Shown here piece by piece: positions 38,603 through 48,550 of a stretch of DNA of 64,000 nt. Position numbers and translations under genes: made by a program. Position 1 is the stretch's first letter. Each line of letters starts with the position of its first letter. Source of the DNA: a virus (lineage: Duplodnaviria > Caudoviricetes); the IMG/VR virus record IMGVR_UViG_3300009873_000081, positions 1 to 64,000 of that record. One strand, written 5' to 3'. The notes below the pieces were generated by a model. That model was not told where the DNA came from. It did no database searches and saw only the letters and a program-made list of their open reading frames with translations.

Positions 38603-40657
38603 CTATTTGGTTTTTTGTCTGCCGTTTTTCTTTACATCACGTACTGCTCTTTGTAATTCTCTCCTTTGAAATTTCATGTCTGCAACGAAGCGGCTGATTT
38701 CCGGTTCGATCTCGGATACGGCTTTTTCCCTTTGCAACGACGTGACCATTTCCTGTAGCCGTCCAAGTTGCTGTTGCAGTACCTTTATCGTCTGTCCCGA
38801 TTGCTCGTTGGCCTGTTGTAATTGAACCGTAGTATCAATCGTCTGCAAAATCTCCTGACGTTCCGACTCGCGTAAACCAGGTAGCCTTTTCAAAACTTCG
38901 CCAATAAGTGCTGGCTGCTGCTGACTGAGTTGCTGAAGAACTTGCAGTTCGTAAACCGATTGCGCTGGCATAGTCGAACCGAGCTTGATTCGGTAGTTGG
39001 CTTTGATCGAATTGAGATCGTGCAAAGTTTCCCAAGCTCCAGTGACTTCGTTATAATAAGGAGCGTTGATTTCTCTGGTAATAGGCTTTTGATCTGCACC
39101 AACCAATTGAAAAACTTTATGCCATGTATAAAACGAAGTCTGCCATTCCAGCATATTATTAAAACTACGTTCGATGGCTATTTCCAAACGGGACAAAGGT
39201 ATTCTGAGGATGTCTGTGGCCCAGGCTCCTAATTGTTGCGTAGCAGCAAAAGTCTCAGGAGCACCACGAGGATCGCCAGTTCTCATACTGTAAGTCGAAA
39301 GCTGAAACTCCATTGCTTGGGCAAAATATTGCACCAGTGTAAACCACGCAACAGGAAGCGGTTCCGGTCTGACAATTTCCCCTGGAAACTTGCCTGTCAC
39401 CGGGTGCATCTTGATATTATGCCAGCTTCCAGGAATGGAAAAATCTCGCTGGAACTTCTTCATATCGTTAATGCCTGCCACTCCGGCATCAACGATAACC
39501 CGCCAATTAGATGCAAGCGCAGCATTGAGAAGTGTCAATCCAATGGCCGCATTGAGCATTTCCTGCTGGCCGATCATAAAATCGACTTCGGCCAACGGCA
39601 TTGAGTTTCCCGTATCTTCACCAATAACCGGCACAACGGGATAATTGGAAATCGGTAGAATCTCTTCTGATTCGGGAACCAACACACGCCCTGAAAGCTG
39701 CTGATACTTGTGGACGCGCCAAACTGGGGCTTCTACTTCTTCAAGCCTGAGCATTTCAACTTGTCTGCGATCAATACCAAGTTGTGTAAGTTGAGCATCT
39801 TCAACTTTCTTTTGCAAAAAGACCTTATCAATATCACTTGGCTCTTCATCGTCATCAAGGACTTTGTAGACCAGCCCTGTCGATTTCTGCCGCAACACCC
39901 TAACGTCAGTTATTTGTCTGCGGTAAACATCAAGTACCCGAATAAAATCGGCTTTCTCTTCCTTGTAGACATTCGTGATAATTCTTGGCGTTGAGGTCTC
40001 TATCTCCTGCCCGTGCGTAGTGCGGCCTTCCCAATAAATTTCGTCATTATGACAATAAATACTTTGGTCGTTGGGAATTTGATCCCTAATCTTTTTTGGT
40101 AAACTTGCAAAGAAATCAAGCGGCCTTAAAAGCTTGGTAACGATGATAACTGGCGCATCGTCAAATAAAGGATGAGCACCAGCAGCCTTATCAGTAAAAA
40201 CGTTGCGATAAGAAAGATCACGAAATCTTAGTTCTCCGCGTCCATAGTCAGCAATATTGTCCACATCGTTGAGAATCCAACCGATGCCGTGCTTTTGCTG
40301 ACGTGTTACTGTGCGCTCCATGAGCACGCTGCCCAAAGATTGATAAAAATGATAATCAAGAAAGTCATTCAGAACTTGCGCCAGTCCCACGTCTTCCTTG
40401 CGAGTGCCATAGACAATACCTGTAGGCTTTTGAGCAATCATCATACTTATTCTGGTCAAAAGCAACGGGCGAAGCTTATTGAGCACAATGTCACTGCCGC
40501 CCCTCGCACGAAGCTTGTCCGACCACCCTTTCGTGTGTTGAGCACCAGCAACAGCCTTCTCATTCTTATCACGACCGCGCCGCCACTCCTGGCTATCAGT
40601 TTTGTATGCCTCGTAAGCATCCCAATCCATTTTTATTTGTTGGTCATTTACTGCCAT
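38603..40657 (-). CDS. portal protein (P22-like)
   Basis: GAQH...LRARG...NKLRP, HGIGW, YPVVP, QEMLN motifs; position after TerL. Confidence 0.85.
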   Translation of the reverse strand: MAVNDQQIKMDWDAYEAYKTDSQEWRRGRDKNEKAVAGAQHTKGWSDKLRARGGSDIVLNKLRPLLLTRISMMIAQKPTGIVYGTRKEDVGLAQVLNDFLDYHFYQSLGSVLMERTVTRQQKHGIGWILNDVDNIADYGRGELRFRDLSYRNVFTDKAAGAHPLFDDAPVIIVTKLLRPLDFFASLPKKIRDQIPNDQSIYCHNDEIYWEGRTTHGQEIETSTPRIITNVYKEEKADFIRVLDVYRRQITDVRVLRQKSTGLVYKVLDDDEEPSDIDKVFLQKKVEDAQLTQLGIDRRQVEMLRLEEVEAPVWRVHKYQQLSGRVLVPESEEILPISNYPVVPVIGEDTGNSMPLAEVDFMIGQQEMLNAAIGLTLLNAALASNWRVIVDAGVAGINDMKKFQRDFSIPGSWHNIKMHPVTGKFPGEIVRPEPLPVAWFTLVQYFAQAMEFQLSTYSMRTGDPRGAPETFAATQQLGAWATDILRIPLSRLEIAIERSFNNMLEWQTSFYTWHKVFQLVGADQKPITREINAPYYNEVTGAWETLHDLNSIKANYRIKLGSTMPAQSVYELQVLQQLSQQQPALIGEVLKRLPGLRESERQEILQTIDTTVQLQQANEQSGQTIKVLQQQLGRLQEMVTSLQREKAVSEIEPEISRFVADMKFQRRELQRAVRDVKKNGRQKTK

Positions 40658-40660
40658 AGC

Positions 40661-41068
40661 TTAATTCGCTTTATAAATATTCCAATCGTAACAACGATTA
40701 ACCAATTGTCGATTTAAATTCTCGACAACTGAGCAAAACTTTTCCTCGTCTTTCAGCAGATCGAGCTTTCTTCGTCTTGCCCAGGTCAGCGCCGCATGTG
40801 TGATCTCATGAGTAGTCACGCCTACGCCCAAATCTCTTTGCCAGAAAAAGACACATCCGCACAAACGCGGATTCTTGAATTTCTCCTGTGAGTTTGCAAA
40901 CGATACTACACAAGCTCGAAGCGATTTGCCCATTTGATTTCTTTCGATACCTGTGGCTCTTACAGCTTCGAGCATCGTCTTTTTTCTTTGAAAAATCCAA
41001 ACCAAAAAATAAAGCGACTTGTTTTCAGGGTAAATGCGAAATTTCCAAAATAAGTTGGAGTGTCGCAT
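40661..41068 (-). CDS. hypothetical protein with HExxH
   Basis: THEITHAA...EEKF. Confidence 0.55.
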   Translation of the reverse strand: MRHSNLFWKFRIYPENKSLYFLVWIFQRKKTMLEAVRATGIERNQMGKSLRACVVSFANSQEKFKNPRLCGCVFFWQRDLGVGVTTHEITHAALTWARRRKLDLLKDEEKFCSVVENLNRQLVNRCYDWNIYKAN

Positions 41069-42733
41069 TTAATAAATCCCAAGTTCAGCAAAATTTGTCG
41101 GCACAAAGCCCAAATCGTCGTCAGGCTCGTCGCGCTCGATTCTGAATTTTTCCAATCTTGTTAAGGCTCGAAACAAAGGCTCAGTACAAACGTGAGAATT
41201 TTCTTCACCAAATTGCAATGAATCGAGAAGGTGAGGCGATTTCATAGAGTCAAACAAACGACCTTCATGCTCGATTTCTTTCATTTCTGGCCTTATGGCA
41301 ATCTGTCCTAACGAAAGACGAGGGTTCAAACCAGCATAAATACGGCCTTTTTTGTCTGGCGGCTGGTACTTGATAAAGATTGGCGAAAACGGATATTTGG
41401 CAAAGAATGTATCACCAACAACTTTTTCGTTGGTCATAGGCGCGTAGATTCTGGCTCCGCCAATGGCCTCGATAACGACGCTATTATAGAAATATTTTTT
41501 ATGCAGCTCTAAAGCTCGATCTATAATTTTAGTTGGCGACATAAAATTGTAATCAAACTCTAAAATCCAAGTCATATTAAAAACAATCGGTTCTCCGATG
41601 TTCTCGATTCTTTTAAAAACTCTGCCACGAGCGACGGTCATCAAAACCCGCTCGTCAGCGTTGTCGCCTTCAGCAAAGGCAGGATCAATATAGAGAAAGG
41701 TATAAACCGGAATTGGATCGGGGTATTCGTCAGAGATCAAAACATTTTGCACACCTTCGTAGCGTTTGAACGTCATGTGGTGATAAACCCATCCTGTCAG
41801 TTCCTTAGTCAATTCCGGAATGATCACATTTTGACGCTCTGCCAGGAAAATACCTCTTTTACCTTCTTCAACAGCTTTCTTTGCCTGTGCTCTTAATCTC
41901 TCAGTTGGATGATAGCTTTCCCAGATACTAACGCCTTTGATTTCTTTTGGATCGTCAAGTAAATCAGGAGAGCCGTCAGGAAGCACCAGTGAGTGAAAGG
42001 AAGTTCCTTTGTATTTCTTATCCTTCATAATGTGGTCGAGCAAACAGCCGGGGCCAAGCAAATTTCCAATATACCTGACCTTGCCATAAGTTGAATCTAT
42101 TGCGTACTCAACTTCTCTCTCCCAGAAGGATTTATGCGACTCAAGCGTGGAAGGCTCACGCATGTCTGGTGAGTCTTCTACATCATCGCCTAGTATCAAA
42201 GTATAACGCCAGCCCTTTTTCTGACCGGAACGCACACTACCTCCCAAACCGATTGAGCGCAGATAAACGCCGTTGGTCGGCGCAATCTCGTGCGCACTCC
42301 AAACCGATTCTCGGCTTTGTGGCCTAAGCTCACCATAAACTTCTAACAACTTTGGATTGCACTCAATATCAAATTTTAGATCGGCAAGCATGGCTTTGCC
42401 GGAATCCCCCACCTTACCGATAAGTAGAATATAAGGCTCAAGCTTATAGTAAATTCTATAGAGCGTATTAAAGCGAACGTGACTCGTTTTTGCGAGTTCG
42501 CGTGGGCTTGTACAGTAATAATATTGGTAGTTTAGGGCAAGAGAGTAATGAATGCCCCAGTGTGGAGGAGCAATATCCTGAGTTCGCATATAAAAATGCG
42601 GCTCGTTCTCAGGATCACCAAAGAAATACATCGACCAGGCAATAACACGCTTGGTCGTCTCGGTAGGATCGTTTGGCACTGGCGCGAACTCAGCTTTAAT
42701 CGCTTCGCGCTGGCTTTTAGTCAAGCTGAACAA
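41069..42733 (-). CDS. terL: terminase large subunit
   Basis: Walker A PRELAKTS, Walker B LILGDDVE, IGN coupling motif, nuclease IDPA and IEA. Confidence 0.9.
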   Translation of the reverse strand: MFSLTKSQREAIKAEFAPVPNDPTETTKRVIAWSMYFFGDPENEPHFYMRTQDIAPPHWGIHYSLALNYQYYYCTSPRELAKTSHVRFNTLYRIYYKLEPYILLIGKVGDSGKAMLADLKFDIECNPKLLEVYGELRPQSRESVWSAHEIAPTNGVYLRSIGLGGSVRSGQKKGWRYTLILGDDVEDSPDMREPSTLESHKSFWEREVEYAIDSTYGKVRYIGNLLGPGCLLDHIMKDKKYKGTSFHSLVLPDGSPDLLDDPKEIKGVSIWESYHPTERLRAQAKKAVEEGKRGIFLAERQNVIIPELTKELTGWVYHHMTFKRYEGVQNVLISDEYPDPIPVYTFLYIDPAFAEGDNADERVLMTVARGRVFKRIENIGEPIVFNMTWILEFDYNFMSPTKIIDRALELHKKYFYNSVVIEAIGGARIYAPMTNEKVVGDTFFAKYPFSPIFIKYQPPDKKGRIYAGLNPRLSLGQIAIRPEMKEIEHEGRLFDSMKSPHLLDSLQFGEENSHVCTEPLFRALTRLEKFRIERDEPDDDLGFVPTNFAELGIY

Positions 42734-42739
42734 ATCATT

Positions 42740-42875
42740 GCTCTAAAACCGTCCTGGCGGTTGTATTCCTGGATACTATCAGTCTGCTGGTGACGGTTTC
42801 CAGGATGTCCGTGCTTCGCGGCGTCCCGCTAACCAGCAGAGCTTTTATCCTACGCACCGCTATTTAGGTAGGATT
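42740..42875 (-). promoter_or_regulatory. structured GGA-rich leader upstream of terL
   Basis: several stems; tandem hairpins with CCAGGA loops. Confidence 0.5.
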
Positions 42876-42888
42876 GGCTTTATCAAAT

Positions 42889-43530
42889 CTATGCACTAAA
42901 AATAAAAGCGTGATTCTCGAAATTTTTTAAATTGCCAAACTGTCCGTGATTTTTGTAGTATTCGAGCTTGAAGCCCAAATCCTGCATTAAGCCTGTCAAG
43001 TCCTTGTCAGTAATGCCGTATTGCCAGATCGCCGTCGAATCGGGATTTCTTTCAATATCTTGATACGACGGATGCTTTTGATCGTGAGGTACATTCCTGA
43101 AATATTCATCCATGCCCAAACCAAGCAGTCTTATCGAGCTTTCTGATTTGATCCACATCGGATTATAGATCAAAAAGGTCTTGACTTGTTTGGCATAAAG
43201 CTTGATAACGCTTTTCCAATCCGGCTTTGCCTGATGCAACAATACGTCAAACATAAAGGCAACATCGGCATTGCCGATCTGTCCGGCGATTTTAGGCGTG
43301 GCAAAGTTCCCGCAAATGTCGTAAAGATTCTTTTGGCCGTTTTTTATCTGATAGAATTTTTCTGAAAAAGAGCTGTCAACGATATAAGCACACTCAGAAT
43401 GATACTTGCCGAAAGCATAAAACGTGTAAGCCCCGTCTACGTTCCAATTGCCGCCCAGATCGACAAACGATTTCGGCTTCGGCTCCCGGCTAAAAGCCAG
43501 GTCGATCAATTCAAGCTTGTGCTGATTCAC
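42889..43530 (-). CDS. SAM methyltransferase-like protein
   Basis: FVDLGG and DVAFMFDVLLHQ. Confidence 0.65.
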   Translation of the reverse strand: MNQHKLELIDLAFSREPKPKSFVDLGGNWNVDGAYTFYAFGKYHSECAYIVDSSFSEKFYQIKNGQKNLYDICGNFATPKIAGQIGNADVAFMFDVLLHQAKPDWKSVIKLYAKQVKTFLIYNPMWIKSESSIRLLGLGMDEYFRNVPHDQKHPSYQDIERNPDSTAIWQYGITDKDLTGLMQDLGFKLEYYKNHGQFGNLKNFENHAFIFSA

Positions 43531-44012
43531 TTTTTCTCAAATTGAAAGTAAGCGTAGCCGTCTGCGACCGTTCGGAGAGTCGGGACGTAGCCTAAACCAA
43601 GCAAACGGTCATATTGCTCGATCATCTTTTTGTTGTTGGGTGCTTCGGGATTTTTGAAGAGCACACCAGCATTTTCCAAATCGAGTAGAGCTAATGGCAT
43701 TTTTAGAAAGTCATAAGGTGAGAGTGGCTTTGGCTCTGATGTCTCGATTGTTCCGCCAATCTTTACATTTTGCAACGGTGTTGTCTTAGGCTGATCTTCA
43801 ATACCGCGTAAAATAGGTTGAGGAAGAGCCTGTTTGATCGTTGGCTCGACAACAGGATATGGATGCTTTGGGATGGGAGCGTCTTTTGGTTGCTCTTTTG
43901 GCTTGGATAAAATCTCAGAAAAGGTTTTTGCCGGACGTTTAGCAACAGCTTCCGGTTCAAGATTTTTCTTCGTTGCTTTGACATCAGGTTCCTTACTTTT
44001 TGCCTTTGCCAT
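43527..44012 (-). CDS. hypothetical Lys/Pro-rich protein
   Basis: ORF coupled on both sides. Confidence 0.55.
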   Translation of the reverse strand: MAKAKSKEPDVKATKKNLEPEAVAKRPAKTFSEILSKPKEQPKDAPIPKHPYPVVEPTIKQALPQPILRGIEDQPKTTPLQNVKIGGTIETSEPKPLSPYDFLKMPLALLDLENAGVLFKNPEAPNNKKMIEQYDRLLGLGYVPTLRTVADGYAYFQFEKK

Positions 44013-44157
44013 AACCTTTTGCCTTCGTTGGAGTTTTACCGCCCGCCAGCAATCCCATTAAACCGCGTTGTGCCGAAGTCAGAGGCTTGCCATGCACTGT
44101 GCCGTCTTTTAAGATTCGCTTGGCCTTATATCTTGATAGCAATTTCTTCTTTGGCAC
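43993..44157 (-). CDS. small basic protein with N-terminus supplied by the endonuclease insert
   Basis: AAGGAG-N7-GTG; MPKKKLLSRYKAKRILKDGTVHGKPLTSAQRGLMGLLAGG... Confidence 0.7.
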   Translation of the reverse strand: MPKKKLLSRYKAKRILKDGTVHGKPLTSAQRGLMGLLAGGKTPTKAKGYGKGKK

Positions 44158-45250
44158 TTTTCATCTCCTTTAGTCTTTTTTCAAAGAAATTTCTCTTATA
44201 CAACTCAAAGCTAGACGGTAACTTATTACCATTAGAAAATTTGCAGTACCTATAGAACTTAATAGCTAACTCAGCTTGCTCTTTTTTAACCGTCATTTGG
44301 CTTACTATACGCTTGAGAAAATCAGCAGCTTTTATGCCATGTAAGCTCCAAACAAATGTATTTGCTAAACGATTAAAATATAACTTTCCGCCGTTCTGCT
44401 TAGTCAATTGAAACAAATGTTTTATAGCTTCAAACTCTCGCATTTGCACAGTAACAACAAGATTATGATAAACAACCGAATTATAGTATCGTTTTGTACC
44501 GTAAATACCTATACATCCTTCGCCATCTACAATACCTGCGAGATAGGCTGAATCCTGTGGCACAGACCAATCAACATTCGGCAGATCAGTACTACTTTTG
44601 AAATTATTAGCAAGTTTCAATTCTTTTATTGTATTCTCAAATTGATCTCGCCTACTTAGATCGTCATTAGTCACTAAGCTATTACAACGATAGAAATAGC
44701 ATTCTTGATAGAAACTTATAGCAAATTCAGCCTGCTTTTTCTTAACCTTTAGAAAAGGCAAAATTCTCCTAAGAAAAACAAAAGCTTTTAAACCATAGAT
44801 ATGCCAGCCGTATAGCATCCCGTTTTTTACGATTTTATTTTTTTGCTTAGATTTTTTCGTTTGTGTTAAAAACGCCAGTTGATTCACAGCACCGCTATTT
44901 GTCATTGTAACAGATACAAGCAATTGATGATATGTGGACTTTCTTACACCGAATGGCTTCTTTTTATACACGCCTATAGTGCCCTCGCTATCAACTATAC
45001 CTGCGCAGTATGCAGCATCGCTATCTGACATAGCGAACTTACTTTCGATATTTTCAACTTGTTTGCTTCTTAACTCAATTTTCTTTCGAGGCCTGTTTCT
45101 TATTCTTGATGCCTTTTTATCTGCATCGCAGCATAATCTGCATCTTCCTGTTCTACCATCAGAGTTCCTCTTATCAGGATAAAACTCTGTAAAGTTTTTA
45201 CTAATTTTACAAAAATTACAAACTTTTGACATAGGCATACAACTATTCAA
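44126..45250 (-). CDS. double-motif LAGLIDADG homing endonuclease with N-terminal Zn finger
   Basis: KVCNFCK...CRLC; YCAGIVDSEG and YLAGIVDGEG; AT-rich. Confidence 0.95.
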   Translation of the reverse strand: MNSCMPMSKVCNFCKISKNFTEFYPDKRNSDGRTGRCRLCCDADKKASRIRNRPRKKIELRSKQVENIESKFAMSDSDAAYCAGIVDSEGTIGVYKKKPFGVRKSTYHQLLVSVTMTNSGAVNQLAFLTQTKKSKQKNKIVKNGMLYGWHIYGLKAFVFLRRILPFLKVKKKQAEFAISFYQECYFYRCNSLVTNDDLSRRDQFENTIKELKLANNFKSSTDLPNVDWSVPQDSAYLAGIVDGEGCIGIYGTKRYYNSVVYHNLVVTVQMREFEAIKHLFQLTKQNGGKLYFNRLANTFVWSLHGIKAADFLKRIVSQMTVKKEQAELAIKFYRYCKFSNGNKLPSSFELYKRNFFEKRLKEMKSAKEEIAIKI

Positions 45251-45256
45251 TCCTTT

Positions 45257-45304
45257 TCACTTCCCAGCTTTTGCTTTGGATGGGTATTTTCTTTTCTTAG
45301 CCAT
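45257..45304 (-). pseudogene. orphan 5' stub of the small basic gene
   Basis: MAKKRKYPSKAKAGK*, ATG overlapping the upstream stop. Confidence 0.55.
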
Positions 45305-46808
45305 TTGAAATCTCCTTTGCTCGATTCAGTGTTTCGCCGATCATATCTTCAAAATTAAGCGGCACTGGCTCAAACAAGCTTTCCGGCGCTGCAACCGCAG
45401 GGCTTAGATTGTAACCTGAATCTTTGGCGCGTTTTGGCCATCGTGCCATTACGTTGGATTCAAATTCCGGCTCAACCTTATACCATTTGCCCTGCCACTT
45501 TAGATCGAGCTTGGGATCAGGCGCTTGGGTTTCTGTAGCATACTCCGAAAGCATGTACTCGATCCAGGACAAGCGGACTGCATTTTCCACCTGCGGCGGG
45601 CTTTTTCTTTGTTCCAGCGCGATATTGGGATGGTCTAATGCACTGGCTTCGATAACATGGCTGCTCTTCTCGAATGCGGCAATGAATTGCGCCTCTTTTA
45701 CCGGACGATAGAAAGCCACAAATTTAACGTTTTCTCCGGCCAACACACTTTCCGCTTTTTTCCAAAACGCTTCCGGTATATCGTGAGCACGGTCAAAAAC
45801 AATCAGCAAATTAGTCTCGCGTTTCGGCTCGAAAAGTGTAATGTCTTTGGCAGTCAAACCCTGCGCATAGTGACTATAATTCATCTCCATGCGCGGCGCT
45901 TTGGGAGAGAGTCCAAAACGTTCTCCTCTTTGCATTCTAATCTCAGCCCAAAGCTTGTCCACAAGCAAATCTTCGGTCGGGGCCACTGCCAAAACTACTG
46001 AAGGCACAAAGGCATCGAAGAACCAATTGATTAGAACAGCCGCAATAAAGCTTGCGCCTTGATATTGACTGCCACGAAACAAAATTCGGTTATTTTTGTT
46101 TTTGACTACTGACTGCAAAAGCTCGCTTTGCTTTAGCGTTGGCCTTCTTTTTAGAACATCTCGCATATATTTGAGCGGTAGATCACGATAGCTTTTATAA
46201 TCCCGACCAGCCTCTAAAAAAGCGAAAAGCCTGAAGCGGCTTTCTGGCGGCAGGCTCTTGTCTTCAAGAAGATGCGCAGCTAAAATCCGGTAAGCTGCCT
46301 TTGCCTCTTCAGTCAACGGCAGATCAACATTTTTGATTTCCTCGAATCGGGCTTCTTCTGTTCCATCAGGTAACTCGTCTTCGTTAGCATCGTCATCAAG
46401 CAAAGCTTCGGTACTGATACCAACGCTATCGTGGTTTGGCATTAGCAGTCCGGCAAGATAAGCTTTATGCTCTGCCGGCAACCCTTCTACCATCAACAAA
46501 AAGGCGTCTTCTTTTGACATCTCAGACTGCGGCAGACCATAAAATCGGTTGAGTAGAATGTTGGCAGCAGCTACGCATTGACGATTTTCGGTATTAGTCG
46601 CAACGTCATAAAGCGCGTCAATGACTCGCTTCAAGCGCGACATTTTTGATTTATACCTGTGGTCGGGCCTCTGCATATAAGCCCGACCAAACTCTGCCAA
46701 GCCAAAACCAATTTTGGAGCTTTTGTTATCTCCCGGATACCATTTATTTAAAAAATGATCAGCCGTTTTTGGCGCGGTATAAATTTTACCTGTTTCATAG
46801 TCGCTCAT
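45297..46808 (-). CDS. TerS-like N-terminus fused to inactive TerL-type ATPase domain
   Basis: AANILLNRFYGLP; degenerate Walker A RGSQYQGAS; VAPTED...LWAEI; LIVFDRAH; SALDHPNI; likely start MSDYETG. Confidence 0.7.
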   Translation of the reverse strand: MSDYETGKIYTAPKTADHFLNKWYPGDNKSSKIGFGLAEFGRAYMQRPDHRYKSKMSRLKRVIDALYDVATNTENRQCVAAANILLNRFYGLPQSEMSKEDAFLLMVEGLPAEHKAYLAGLLMPNHDSVGISTEALLDDDANEDELPDGTEEARFEEIKNVDLPLTEEAKAAYRILAAHLLEDKSLPPESRFRLFAFLEAGRDYKSYRDLPLKYMRDVLKRRPTLKQSELLQSVVKNKNNRILFRGSQYQGASFIAAVLINWFFDAFVPSVVLAVAPTEDLLVDKLWAEIRMQRGERFGLSPKAPRMEMNYSHYAQGLTAKDITLFEPKRETNLLIVFDRAHDIPEAFWKKAESVLAGENVKFVAFYRPVKEAQFIAAFEKSSHVIEASALDHPNIALEQRKSPPQVENAVRLSWIEYMLSEYATETQAPDPKLDLKWQGKWYKVEPEFESNVMARWPKRAKDSGYNLSPAVAAPESLFEPVPLNFEDMIGETLNRAKEISNG

Positions 46809-46812
46809 ATTA

Positions 46813-46845
46813 CACAAAGATAAACAATTACTTGAACTCTGTCAA
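46813..46845 (-). promoter_or_regulatory. promoter of packaging operon
   Basis: TTGACA-N17-TATCTT; also reads TATCTTTG (TAnnTTTG). Confidence 0.65.
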
Positions 46846-46876
46846 GTAAAATCTACACAACAGAGGAAAATGGCGA

Positions 46877-47185
46877 TTATTTTGTTCGCCGGAAGGCAGT
46901 TTGAGGGCAGTGTACAGGCGAAAATTTCGGGATGACTTCGGCAGGTCTGCTCCAGTCTGAAACGAGTCCGCCAATTTTGACTCGCGCTCGAACATCACAT
47001 GGAGCGCCGTAGAGCACGACAAAATTCTTTTCAGACTCAACAGTTTTGAAAACTTGTTTGCCTACGGATGTTAATTGCTCGACTTCAAATATTGCATTTT
47101 CAACATCTGATCCCAAAACCAAGACGGGGCTGTATTGGTCAAGGTCGTAAGAAATGTGCAGAAAAGTGATAAAAATATTAACACT
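46877..47185 (-). pseudogene. FN3-like ORF lacking a start, probably truncated by tnpB
   Basis: VRARVKIGGLVSDWS FN3-like end; open frame runs into the tnpB 3' end. Confidence 0.4.
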
Positions 47186-48425
47186 TGACTTTTTGCGCAG
47201 TCGGACAGACCAGCGCTGGGCGACACACACGCCCTCTATCGGCTATCGGTATCACCGAATCGCCGAATGCTTTCCTTGCTATGCCGATGGCTCCGTTAAC
47301 ATCGGCGTTGATTGTAAATCCAAGCGAGGACTGGAAAAGTCCGCGCTTGATTCGCTTGCCGAGATAGTTCTCGAAATGTTGCATCGGTTCTTTGGCAAAA
47401 TGATCGATCTTGGAAGTGTAGCTTTCCTCGCTCTCCATGACTGTGATACCGTACTCACGCGCCTTGTAGGAAATCATTCCTGCCAAACGAGCATGCGGTA
47501 TTTGCACGAAGTTTTGATTGTTGGATGAACCAAGATTGCTTTCTTGCTTCCAAAATTGATTTCGACCAATGACGATTGTGCCAATGCGATTCTCTATACA
47601 AAAATTTATGATGAATCTGCTGGTCTTGTGCAGGTAATCATTGACTTTGTTGTTGCGTTTCGAGTTTATGCTTTTTATCCTGTGCGAGCTTTTGGTTTTG
47701 ATTATGGATTGCAGACGCGCTTTTTCTTTGTTGAAAGACTGGTTGATCGACTTGAGCGGTCTTCCGTTGATCAACGAACTTTCGGAAACGTTTGAGAACA
47801 TGGCGGCAAGATTGTTCACGCCAAGATCAAGCGATACAAAGTTTTTCGCATCAACTTCGGCAGATTTTATTTCATCATCATACACTATGTCAAAGACGAA
47901 TTTCTGGCTTTGCAATGTAATGCGAACCTGCCGAAATTTATTAGGTTTGATCTTTGTCTTGATCGGCTTTATTTCCTTCAATCCAAACTTATCAAGTTTA
48001 GGAAACTTTATTACGCCACTTTTCACTTGTACCTGCTGGCAAGTAAAAATGACGGTTCCGGTTTTGTTCTCACGAAGATATTTCGGGATTGACGGTTTGG
48101 CCTTGAATGATGATTGATTTTTTTTAAACGCTCTCAACGCTGCAAACCACGATGTAAATGAGCGGCAAGCCTGGATAACTACTTGTTGTGCGGTCTGTGC
48201 TGGTAAGGTGCGATACAATTCATGATTCTCGGAGACGAAAAAATTGATAAAATCTATCGCAGTGAAAACCGGCTCACGCCAAAATACTTTTTGCCGTTGG
48301 ACAAAAATCACCGTGTTGTATAAAGCTTTTGAACGATTGGCAAGCTCAAAAATATTTTTGTCAAACGGTCTAACATGTCGTTCGACTTTTGATATGAGAT
48401 TTTCAGGTTTGTTCTTTCGTTTCAT
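47178..48425 (-). mobile_element. tnpB: IS200/IS605-family TnpB (solo, no tnpA)
   Basis: SLDLGVNN, NGRPLKSIN, DYLHKTS, EESYTSK, RIKRGLF, NADVNGA. Confidence 0.9.
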
Positions 48426-48429
48426 GAAA

Positions 48430-48550
48430 TAAAAAACCCTTGCAAGGTGCCATCGTGATTCACCGAAACGGTGGATTACGAAACCCGCAAGGGTCATTCG
48501 GTAAATCATGATGGCACTTTAAAAATATAAAATTTTTATGTCAAAAGCAA
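48430..48550 (-). promoter_or_regulatory. promoter and attenuator-like leader of tnpB
   Basis: 21-nt imperfect IR interleaved with ACCCTTGC/GCAAGGGT plus T6. Confidence 0.6.

Noticed and set aside
42770-42810. GAAAC..GTC..CTGATAG resembling a hammerhead core
   Set aside because: Strand order and stem geometry do not fit; kept only as a structured leader
34425-45250. Group I introns or inteins around the LAGLIDADG genes
   Set aside because: Flanks too short for a ribozyme core; no intein C...HN termini; MCP and TerL are uninterrupted
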